Positions 53,411-64,000 of a DNA stretch of 64,000 nucleotides are shown piece by piece. The DNA is taken from positions 12,338,001 to 12,402,000 of the forward strand of contig CM102290.1 in NCBI GenBank assembly GCA_046563655.1, given 5' to 3'. The notes beneath the pieces are model-generated. The model had not been told where the DNA came from and did not search any database. It saw only the letters and a program-made list of their open reading frames with translations. Numbering within the stretch: the stretch's first letter is position 1; every line of letters begins with the position of its first letter. Position numbers and translations under genes: made by a program. Source of the DNA: Yuukianura sp. NJ FZ-2021 (taxonomy: Eukaryota).

Positions 53411-54477
53411 CGATGTTTCTCTTCCAGAAACACTGCGATCCTCCTGGAAATTCATCACGGTAACGATTAACCTGTGCTGTGATTGTTCCGGTACTTCATA
53501 AAATTGCTGACGAACTTGGTCATCTTGGTATAGGTAAACCATGTGCCCTGGAAAAAAAAAATTCAGGGTTTTAAAATCAAAAACTTTGAAAGACGAAAAC
53601 TTGATGTTCGATTTTGGAGTTTTCAATATTTCCAAAAATTCTTCATGTTTATTGAAAGTTTTTGGCGAAGAGATTAGCTTTCAAAATTTCAGCTTTCAAA
53701 AACTTTCAAAATTCATAACTTGGGAACGAAGATATGAATTCGATTTTGGGCTTTTCAATATTTGTTATTGCCAATTTGGACAGAAATCATCCTCCATTTG
53801 GCAAACTTTTTATTGAGCAACAACTTAATTTCCCTTTCACTAGGGAAGTGAACTGAATTAGAAAAAAAAGCTGAAGTTTTACAAGAATTTTTTTTTTGTT
53901 CAAAAACTGTGCATTTGATACAGTCTAGTAAGTTCCTAGATTTACAACAGTGTTCTGAAGTAGAGAATTACAACATAATGAGCAAGTCTTAACAATTGTC
54001 AAAAGTAGTCGAACGAGGGTTGACCTTTGCCCTGCCAACACCCACTACAACATCGGTGGAGATTGAGATTACTCTTTCCGGATTATTGAGAGATCCAAGT
54101 GGGGGAGGAGGCACTTCAGGAGCCTACAAAAGCCACTACACTTCCATACACTAAAGTAGCAGGGCCTTTTAAAATAGTATGCCTCTGCTCTTAATATCTA
54201 TAAATAAGTTTTGAATACTGATTTACTTATGTTGTTCAACTCCAAGTCGGTCCATGCTGCCACTGTTTCATAGTAAGCTGCTTCGTGACAAGGTTTTACG
54301 ACGACTTCGCGGAATTGAAGTAATCCTGTAGAGTAACATGGACTGCACATAGCAGTGATCTTGTTTACGTCCTCTTGAGGTCAAGCTCGTAGTCCTTTGG
54401 GGAGTCCTTGACGTTACAATAAGGTACCATTGTTGTGAGATTTGTCTTCAGTTTTCTGCCATTTTCTTCAGTTCTGG

Positions 54478-56793
54478 TTAGACGAAGCTGTAGGTATTCT
54501 CTACGGCTCGACTCATTCCACCCGCGCTTTGCTGTTCTCGATGCAGTCTTTCCATTGACTCGCTCCGAGTCCGTACTGATCCATTGTGTGTCATTATCTA
54601 CAACCACAATTAATCGATTTGTTACTACCAGTATCTGGGTTATTCATAAATGCTTAGAATACTTTTGGAATTGATGTAATATGGCTTACAGTTTGCAAGT
54701 CCGGAACTTGCGTTCTCGAGCGTTCAGACCCAGTCAAAGACAGTCCTCGTAAAGACGGAAGAGAAACGACAAATTCGGTTAAGGTGACGTCTGACGTACC
54801 ACCGCCTGACTCGAGTGGGATCGGCTGCAACCGAAAGTGCTCCAGCATGTCGAACACTGACTGGAACCAGAGGTGCTGCACTCGACATTGGCCTTCTGGA
54901 CTTAGCGTCATGCGTAGATGCTGTCAAAACGAATTTAATGTGTTTTAAAAAGGTAAACGATTCTTGAGAGATTGAAATCGTCTAACTGATGTACTAACTC
55001 ACCTTGGCCTTCCCTTGAAAATTAAACGTAAGGACAAATTCTCCGCTACGAGTCTCGCTCTGTCGGACCAAAAACGTTCCGTGACCGTCGAGACCATCTT
55101 GCAGTACCAGGCGAGCTGCTTCCGAGCGTGACAAAGTCCCGTGGAACCAAGGGTACTCCTGCAAGGACGAGTAAACATCACGAACTCCCGGGCTGGTTTC
55201 AGTCAATAGTGGCAGCGGTACAGTTGCAATGACCCCTGCTGCCCCGCTGACCAGTACACTCGACCTTAAGTCAGCCACTGGGGTTCCTTCCAGACCTAGA
55301 AACAAATCCACATATTATATGCTTGTCAAGTTAACAAATAGATTGTGTAGTTTTGTTATTGTAGGATCTAATTGGTTAGTGAACTTACTGGCAGCACTTG
55401 TAGAGCGAGGAGGATGGTCAGCCTCGGTGGAGTTCCGTGGTGTTACACCGGTAGCTTGGGGAAGACGGGGAGGAAGTTGCGGTGGGTTGGTAATGGATAT
55501 GGCTGGAGTCGTGGACGAACCACTGTTACTTGGATCTTCCGATGGAATCCCATTGTCAGTAGCATGGCCATCTACTCTGCTCTCGGGTAAATTATAGTTG
55601 TTGACAGCAGATGACCTGTCCATGGACCCTCCACTGGACCCGCCCATTGAAAACTTGATAAGCGAAAGCCACGAATTCATTTCCTGTACATCCGGAGCTT
55701 CAATGACATATTCAATGCCATTCTCAGCCTTAAGGACGAACGTATTTTCACGATCAGGCATTTCCAAGGCCGTCGTCTCTCGTACTTCACTGATTAGGAA
55801 ACAGAAGACTCCACTACGTGGTTTCATTGACTAAAACAAATAAATAGTTGCATTTCAAAGTAAACCCTTCAGAGTTAATTAGTAATTACTAATTATAAGC
55901 GTATTATTTTTACCTTTGGAGGAGAGTAGAATTCGAGCATGTAGCCACCAGCAGTTTTGACCAGCAGTAGCCTACATTTGTCCCATTGCTGAATTCCATC
56001 TCCATCCAGGCTCTCCCCACTCAAGTAATGCACAATACCCTCCTTTGGACATTCTACAACAATTTTGGCCAGTTTCGACTTGGAATGCTTCTCCCTCTTG
56101 GATTTCCCGTCTATATGCATGTCATCAAAAACTTCTCTGTGGAAAAGGCGTCCCTTCCGAAAGCCCTTAAACGATAACCTGAAAAACAAAAATGCAATTT
56201 ATTCAGTTAACGATAAAAGAGGCGGTATTTTGCTACTAACCTGCGATAAAAGGGCTTCTTGACTTGTGTAACTTGAGTACTTGGTCGGGAAGAGCATTGT
56301 GGTGGCCCATTCTCCCTGGTCACAAATTCAGCTTGGTCAGGACTTCTGAGAGACTTGTGTTGCTGGTGACGAAGACCTTGACCATTGATTATACCATTTG
56401 GCTGTCCACCGGCGGAATAAGTCGGATCTTCGTATATGTCCCTCTGACCAAGGTTCAGTTCCCTTTCAAGGTGACGTGTAAAGACATTCATGAACTCCGT
56501 GACGAGATCATTGATAAGACTCGGTTGATTAGGCAATGAATGCTCTGTTGGAACAGAGTTTGTAATTGTGCTAATTTCTTCGCTTAACAAAGATGCCACT
56601 TCAGTTGCACTAGAGTTTGCAATGGATCCAAGGCGCATTACCAAGCTGAAACGTAAGGAAAATTTATTCAATCCTTTAAAGAATACGTCTTATCTTCTAG
56701 GCTTTTGAACGTGTACCTCGCGTTCGGGTTATCCTGAAACCAAGTTGCCAGGTTGAACAGATTGTCGACGGAAGTGTTACTGCCTTCGGCCAT
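54478..56793 (-). CDS. Lnk: SH2B adaptor protein (Lnk/SH2B family): PH plus SH2 domain
   Basis: [26 protein letters not shown]...[22 protein letters not shown]2: [14 protein letters not shown]...[32 protein letters not shown]...[18 protein letters not shown]. The last exon ends [10 protein letters not shown], the SH2B C-terminal tyrosine motif. The start at 56793 is inferred. Confidence 0.94.
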
Positions 56794-58733
56794 TTCTTCT
56801 GTCCTGACCTGACTTCAAGGCAATTGTGTCCTGAGATTACTGGAGTCGATATCTTGACAGCTTTTCCTTATGTCCCATACGCAAGGTCGTAAGTAGGGTT
56901 ATCTTTAGTCCGCATTTCAAACGTCTTCGTCATTTCCGGAAACGTTCTCAGTTGTGTATTCCAAAGTGTTTTACCAAGATATTCTTACGAGTCTACTAAC
57001 GAAAACGATGTCCATCCGCAAGTTTTGTTCTGGGTGTGAAACATGATTTGCTTTCCTGCAATATAAAAAAAAACCCAATCAGTGATTAGACGACAGAGCT
57101 TGCTCTTTAGCTAAATACAATCAATCAAGAGTTCAATTGTCCAGCCGTTTACGCATACAGTGACTGCCGCTGGACGACGAACCGTCTGAAGCCGTGTCAG
57201 CATAAGAAGACACTGAATTGACAATTGCAGAATCAGAAGATAAACTTAACTTACCGATAAACCTTAATTGAATCAAGTCCACGTCCGTCGGTTTCCGCTT
57301 TTACATCCTTTCCCTTTGAAATTCACTTCAAAATTTCAGATCCAATGAATTGATTCCAATAAATCAATTTTCTTAGTTCCTTTGACCTCGTTACAAAGTT
57401 GTTTAAATTTAATTTTTGATAACAAAATTAAAAGTTGACTTTTTGGAGCTTTCTTTTTGAAGTTGGGAGCTTTCTCAAAAGCATCGGTTTTCCTCAAGGA
57501 CATCTCCAAATAACAATCAAATTTACCGACAATAAGCGAAAGTACAACCAACCACGAACAATCACTTTAACTGTAATGGTAAATAACTTAGGGTTAACTG
57601 TTAACCTAAATTAGTTCAGTGGAATCAAGCATATTTTTAAATTTAGTCATGCTCCTACAGTAAGGAAGCAATTGAAACATACCGTAACTGGATCCGTGTA
57701 GTCCTATCCATTTCTAAAAGTTATGCAGCAACCCAAATTAAAAAATTAAGTTAATTAACTCAACTAATCTGCAGAGTGTTCAAAATTATGCCAGAAAAAT
57801 CTAAGAATTAACTTTTTAATACAATAAAACCTGAACATTTCTTACGTTCGAAAAGCGGAAATCAGGTTGTTAGACATTTAAAATTATTAGAATGTCTAGT
57901 CTACATTCATCATGTATTCCTCCCAAGTTAACGATAGAGGATAATTAACTATTAATTAAGTAAATTTTGAACGATAATTAGAGTAGTACGGTACGACTAC
58001 CGGTGTGAATGCTGATCGAAACCTAACTAGAGAGTGACGCTGTAAACTCTCCAAGTCTCGTGTCAACGAAAATTTTGAGACAAACTTTATGAACGAGAGT
58101 GTTCTATTTTAATATTTTGATACAGTTGACAATTAGTTTTTAAGTTGGCATTTCATTGACACAAAAGACAAACTTCAAGTAGGGTCAGTCGGTTTGTTCG
58201 GAGTTGGAACAGAATCAGCAATGTTTTAAATGAAAATCCGTATTTGTGGCCTCCTCTAGAACCAACAAGGTGTATCTCAAAAAAACGGTGATTCATTTCA
58301 TTTTCACAACACAGAAAGAGTCCTCGAATTTCAAACCCAATTTGAACTTCGATTTTACTTTTTTTTCAAAAAAAAAAAGTTAACACTTCAAAACAGTGTG
58401 AAGTGACAAGTGTTTACTCGAATTACAAGAAGAGTTAATCCGAATTCGGTACTCCGAGTCAGGTGAAAGGTCGTTTAGGTAAGACACAGTATTTGGAATC
58501 AAAGACTTTGTATTCTTTTGTTATTGACCGGGAACAGAACAGAGACTAACCTTGTTAATTATTTACGTTATCACGTGCAGGAAAATTCATCAGAGTCACG
58601 GGTCAGACCACGGGCACGGCATTAAACCACACGGAAGTATCAAACCGAGTATCTAGAGCGAGACAAACGTCCACTTTCCAATCAATTTCCGAACGTCATT
58701 CTGTCCTTTTATCAATTGATTCATAGTGCGAAA

Positions 58734-61529
58734 ATGCTGTCTGAACAAATAGTGAAGGCGACTTATCCGCTCCACTACGCAATTTGGGTTGATGATGAGG
58801 CTGAAGTGGAAATGCTTCTAAAAAATCCGGAAGTCCGGAAGGTTAGTCAAGTTAAAAGGGGACAATGATTCGGGCTTCTCTAATTCTACCCGGTTTCGGC
58901 CAAATTTAGCCAAACATAAGTAGTATCTGTAATCTGTGTTACTGAGAATCAATGTCAACGAGTTCCAATATCACAGTGTTAAATTTTATGGCCGGGTCTG
59001 AGTGTTTCTATTCTAAACTTGATCGTTTTTGATATATAGTGTCATCTGGAGAAATTGGATCCTCGTGGACGGACCCCACTTGTTTTGGCAGTTTTGAAAG
59101 GCAGAGTATCCGTGGTTGACCGCCTACTGAATAAGTACAATGCTGATGCCACCTTTACGCAAGAAAGTGGCTGGAACGGTACCTTAACCTATGACAGTAT
59201 TCGACATTCTGTGAGGATTTTCAGTGTGTATGCAGTACTTCAAAGTTTCTTTGTTTTTTCATCCATAGTAATCCATGAGGCTGTTAGTATTCGACACAAG
59301 GGCATCTTGAGAATGGTGCTGGCTAGACGTGATTTGCAAAGGTGTCAGAAACAGGAGCAACTTATTCCAGAACTCCTGCAAGAGCTCAAGAACGTAAGTA
59401 TGGCATGTGAACTTGCAAGATTGATTGAATCGCTACAATGACTAACCATTTACTATCTGTTGCACAGGCTCCTGATTTTTATGTGGAAATGCGGTGGGTG
59501 TTCTCAACATGGGGTAAATTGCACATTCTTGCTTCAGATACACTTGCAAATAGAAGTAACGTTTTTACTACGTAATTTATCCAGTTCCTTACATGAATCG
59601 AATGCTGCCACCGGGCCAATCATATCGTGTTTATAAGAAGGGTTCCTCTCTGCGTGTAGACTGTGTGTCGGCCGACTCCAGTGACGACTGGAACACCGGC
59701 ATTTCGCTGATATTTAAGGAAGAAGGTCAGTACCTATGGAAATGGAAACGCACTGTCTCAGTTATACGTTGCAACGTTCAGATTGAGTTGCAATATCAAA
59801 ATATTGCAACGGTTAATTTGTTTTTGTTTCAGGAAATGATATTTTTGTCTTCGAAATTGATCACAATTCAAAGCGAATCCTCAAACAAATCATTTGTGCG
59901 AGCGAGGCCGTTTTGAATGGAAGAGCGAATGCTGCCAATGGGAGGACGTATGATGAGATCATTGCCACTCGCCTTATGAATCCCTCCGTAGTCTCCATTA
60001 CTGATTGGAAGTCTGTATCGTTCAAAAGGTAACGACTTGGAGCATTTTTAGTTTGGATTTGCATTTGGATTTGATTATATGTCATGATTTCTGTTACATT
60101 TTTTCACAGGAGGCAGCACACCGTGGCGGCCTATGCCAGTATGATCGGGCTCGGAGAGTTGACTGAGCAAGTAGACGGGTACAAATGTAAACTGTTCGAT
60201 TCAACAGGGTTTGGAATTCAGACCAAATTTAGAACAGAGCATTTGAGTGAGCAAGAAAAGTCCAAGTTCATGGCCGAAGAGACGCCTGGAATGCTCAAGA
60301 AAATTCTTTCATACTTGTCCAAGTACGATGCTGATGAGCGGGATGGTGATGAAGCTGTAAGTCAATTTATTTGAAACTGTTGGTCATCAAGTGTAAATCT
60401 ACTGATTTCGTGTTTTAGGGAGCCAAAGCAGCGTCATACTCCGATGAACCCACTTTGGAGGAATACTTTGATCCGAATTTGAACTTGGGGAATAGAGATA
60501 TCGGTCCTCCGCGAGAAATTAAATCTAAGAGGGTCAAGTTCGATGTAAGATTTTTGGTTGTCTATATCCTGCTACTGTCATTGTCAGTAATCGCTGGATT
60601 ACTAACTACGTAACTAACCTTCACATTTATTGCAGGCGACTGTTTGGATTTGTGAGAATTACCCACTTGACCTCAAAGAGCAGCTCGTTCCAATCATAAA
60701 CTTGATGTCTCTTACCAACTCCCGATTCAAAACACTAAAAGACTTCATCGAACTGCAAATGCCTGGAGGGTTTCCAGTGAGATTACGTAAGAAATTCCAA
60801 ACGAACAACTTTTTTACTTTCCATCATTCCATGTCAACTGAATGTCAATTTTTTAGAGGTCCCGATTTACCCTATGGTGAATGGTCAAATCTCCTTTCAC
60901 AACATTTTTGGCTCTCAACATTTTGTGGACGGTGTCACAACTACTGAGGACTTTAGCACTGGAAAGCAAATCTGCAAGCTGGACGACGCTCATTTCACGC
61001 CACCCAATTACGAAATGAAAACTGCTGTTTGTTTTGGCCCAGACTTGGCCAGTGAAGATGACGATTTCTTTGGAATCTTTCGTGATGGCGATCCGAATGA
61101 GCCAGAAATGGACATTTATGAAGCCCTCAACGCTCCAAGGACCCTCCGAGACAGTACACCAGACGACGCAGAGGAGCAAATGCTGCAAAGGTGACTTAAA
61201 TTTTATCCTCAAGGACCCCTAAAGTTATTGAAACCGTGGAAACTTATTGTTACTGTTTCCATAGAGCTATTGAAGAGAGTTTGCTAATGGAACGACTGAG
61301 GTCAAACCCTGGACGACTGCCAGGAGAAGAACCTTTAGACGGAGCTGCAGCAATTTCAGCTGCTGCCTTTGGTGGAATGCAGTCAGACTTTGAAAGGACT
61401 CCAAGCTTCGATGATTTGGAAAAGGCCATAGAGCTGTCAAGGGCTGAATGCGAAGCAATGGACAGAAGTCTGCGGGAAGAGGAAGAAATGCTGCGTCGTG
61501 TTCTGGAAATGTCGCTTCAAGAATTCTGA
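58734..61529 (+). CDS. ANKRD13: Ankyrin repeat domain-containing protein 13 (ANKRD13-like) with C-terminal UIMs
   Basis: YPLHYAIW, DPRGRTPLVLAV, IHEAVS, PDFYVEMRWVFSTWVP, TKFRTEHLS, ATVWICENYPLDLKEQLVPIINLM and PGGFPVR. UIM-like motifs EEQMLQRAIEESL, DDLEKAIELS and EEEMLRRVLEMSL. Confidence 0.9.
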
Positions 61530-63621
61530 GAGAAACAAAGATTGAGTGTATCGTGTCCGGGCCCTTGGAAAATCCTGATGTTATCTTCTATTGACAAGTT
61601 ATAGAAGAAAAGTGAAGTAATTGCTAATAGGAATCGAAATTTCACTTTTAGTTTAGCTTTTTTTCCAGTTTGCCATCTTACACCTTGCTTTGCATGTTGT
61701 CCAGAATCTCATTTCAAACTTCTACTTACAGATCTTTTGAAGTATTTTACAAATCTACTGCCTTCGTTTCACTGCTTTGCACTTTTTTAAAAATTATTTT
61801 AACCATAACCTCGCTTATTTGCTTTCCATGTCAACTGGTTTCATGTTGCGTGAGCATGCGCGGTTTGAACGCTTACTTGATTCTCTCTCTGGTCATGAAA
61901 ATGTTATTATTTATATAGTAATTTAGTTAATTTAAGTAAGAATTTAACTAGGTCAATAGAATTCGTGATACTGACGAAAGGAAGAAGCTTCGAGAGTTTC
62001 GGTTTAACGCGCGTGCTAAACGAAGGTGATACTAAAACTGACAGGTTACGTTAATCATTAATCAATTAATACAAAATGTTAGCTAAACCAGATTTTAGTT
62101 GTAACTGACTTGGCTTAACGCTGCTGGTTCCAGTTCCCTTGTAGTTTCTAAGTTTTCAAAATCCCTGGAAAAATTTAAACTGCATTGCGAGATTAGAACA
62201 TCGCGTGATTGGAGTCTAGTATTTATGCAGCTGATGCTGAGCATATCTATTAACTTTACTCCGATTATTAATCATGTTGTACCGTATTGTGTTTTAGTTG
62301 TTCAAACCTGTTATTCAAAACAAATAACGCTGAAAGCGGAAATGCTTTCTATTAGTAACGGGAGATACTTTACCCTCAGTCGTTCACTTACGCTTTTACA
62401 TGTCACCCTCTTAAGTGCTTATGTTAGGGCAGTTTCCGAAATCACTCGAATTTTAACCATTTTAAATACGTTACGGACGTTACTACTTACTGTATTAACT
62501 GCAATTTGCAAAATAAACGAAATTATTTAACAGAGAACGCACGACATTTATCCTGATTTTAGCGGATTTCCTTATTCAGTCGACTTTGTCAGAATTTTTT
62601 AGTTGAGCCGCACATGTTTTCAGTGAAAATTTTGAGAAATACTCAGCGATGCAAAATTCAAAAAATAAAATTTTGAACTAAAAGTAGCATAAGAATGTTC
62701 AGTTGAAATAAATTTCGTAAAACGACGTTCTCCGACTAACACTTTCATTTTTCTTGAACAAAGTTACATTTTTTCGTATAAGAATCGTAGTAAAATTAGT
62801 CCAGCATAATGGATTTCCTTACAAAAGGAATCCTTATAGGAAACAGAAGGAACGCTAGCATAGAAATTAATAACTTTAACAAAATCAACTCTTCGCTTGT
62901 ACATTTTTAAACATCAACATTTACAACGTCAAAGGTCACCAGCTAATAAAACTCAAAAAGAAAAACAGTTTCAAAGGACTGACATGGGGCCGTTCCTTGT
63001 CAATTCTAAAACTAGAAATAAAGGAATCAATTGCATTCATCTAAACTGCTCATTGAAACGTTAAAATTGGAGAGGCATCAGAAGGACGCTGCTAATCCTA
63101 AACTGGGCTTCCGGTTATCATGAATTGACTCTCGGTAAGCGCTCAACTCCCAAGGGATTACATGGGGATTATACTTTTTAAATGGACGCTGACCTAATAT
63201 CCTGACACAGCCTCAACGCTGTAAACTCTGTGGTCTGTCTTACACAGTGTACCACTTTTTGAACAACAAAGCTTGTCTCACTATTAATCGCAGTGTTTGC
63301 CTAGATGACACAAGAGTCATTCAGCTCAAACTCAAGCCAGATCAAAAGAAAGGAGCACAAGCTTTTAAAAATCAAAATAGTCATGTCTTCCTACTCTTCG
63401 TCCAAGTTCCAAAGTCCACGTCGCAGTCCGTGTGCTGTTGAAATGTGGCCTTTGTCGTATGTCCTAAAAGCTAAAAACTCTCTTGCAGTTTTATGCCTCA
63501 TCTAAACAATTAAGTTCTAGCTTTGTTCACTTCTGAATCAAAACTCAGTCCATTCTCTATTAGAAGGGTATGGAGCCCTTAAGGGCCCTCCCTCAATACT
63601 GGAACTTCTTGTCTCCTAGGT

Positions 63622-64000
63622 TCAGAACTCAAAGGTGGAGCGAGAGAAGTGGATGGGATGAGAAGGAGAGCGAGCTAGGCGCTTCTTTGGAATCTTCTCT
63701 AGGCTCTTCACGAGGCGACCAAAGTCTGGACGATCTTCGGGTTTAGATGACCAACAAACCATCATGATCTCCTACAAAATCAATCAAAATAGGTTAGATG
63801 CAAATCAAACAGTTTGATTTTAGAGAAGTTAAGTTAGGTCGGAAATTGTCGTCTCACCTTTGCGTCCCTGGAAAAGAGTGTGGGCAGCGGCTGTCGTATG
63901 CCACTTCCGACTTGCCAAATGACAGCTTCAGGCGGAAGTTCTTTGTAGGGCCACTCTCCGCACAGAAGTTCGTACCATACAGTCCCAAAGGCATAAATAT
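63622..64000 (-). CDS. ksr: 3' end of kinase suppressor of Ras (last two coding exons; runs off the window)
   Basis: [33 protein letters not shown]...SRDAK, an intron (63773-63857), then [17 protein letters not shown]...[21 protein letters not shown]. This matches the KSR C-terminus. Confidence 0.9.

Noticed and set aside
39230..53800. Autonomous transposon (transposase, Rep/helicase or RT) in the island
   Set aside because: No long ORF or catalytic motif was seen, and I could not identify paired TIRs or a Helitron hairpin-CTRR end by eye.
61670..63505. Short ORFs between ANKRD13 and KSR
   Set aside because: They have no motifs or splice structure and most likely lie in the convergent 3' UTR/intergenic region.

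Overview
This is AT-rich, gene-dense eukaryotic DNA with short spliceosomal introns, from an arthropod. The prophenoloxidase, HR96, innexin and GR-like chemoreceptor point to a hexapod; a springtail-like basal hexapod is my guess, not proven. Genes in order: MIEAP-domain gene (+), nuclear receptor HR96 (-), intronless innexin (+), GR-like 7TM chemoreceptor (+), two tandem secreted SnoaL/NTF2-like genes of microbial type that carry introns (+, likely horizontal transfer), a ~24-exon prophenoloxidase with a C-terminal extension (-), SRSF1/SF2 (-) head-to-head with TAO kinase (+), SH2B/Lnk (-) head-to-head with ANKRD13 (+), and the 3' end of KSR (-). Between TAO and SH2B lies a ~14.5-kb accessory island (about 39.3-53.8 kb). 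It holds intron-containing, frameshifted fragments of ash2 and WDR3/Utp12, a ~215-bp degenerate tandem repeat and a 10.4-kb array of ~571-bp monomers that appear to be exon+intron derived and show a trimeric higher-order structure. Three non-autonomous hAT-like elements with 8-bp target-site duplications are also visible. Exon boundaries were read by eye and family calls come from recalled motifs; no searches were run.
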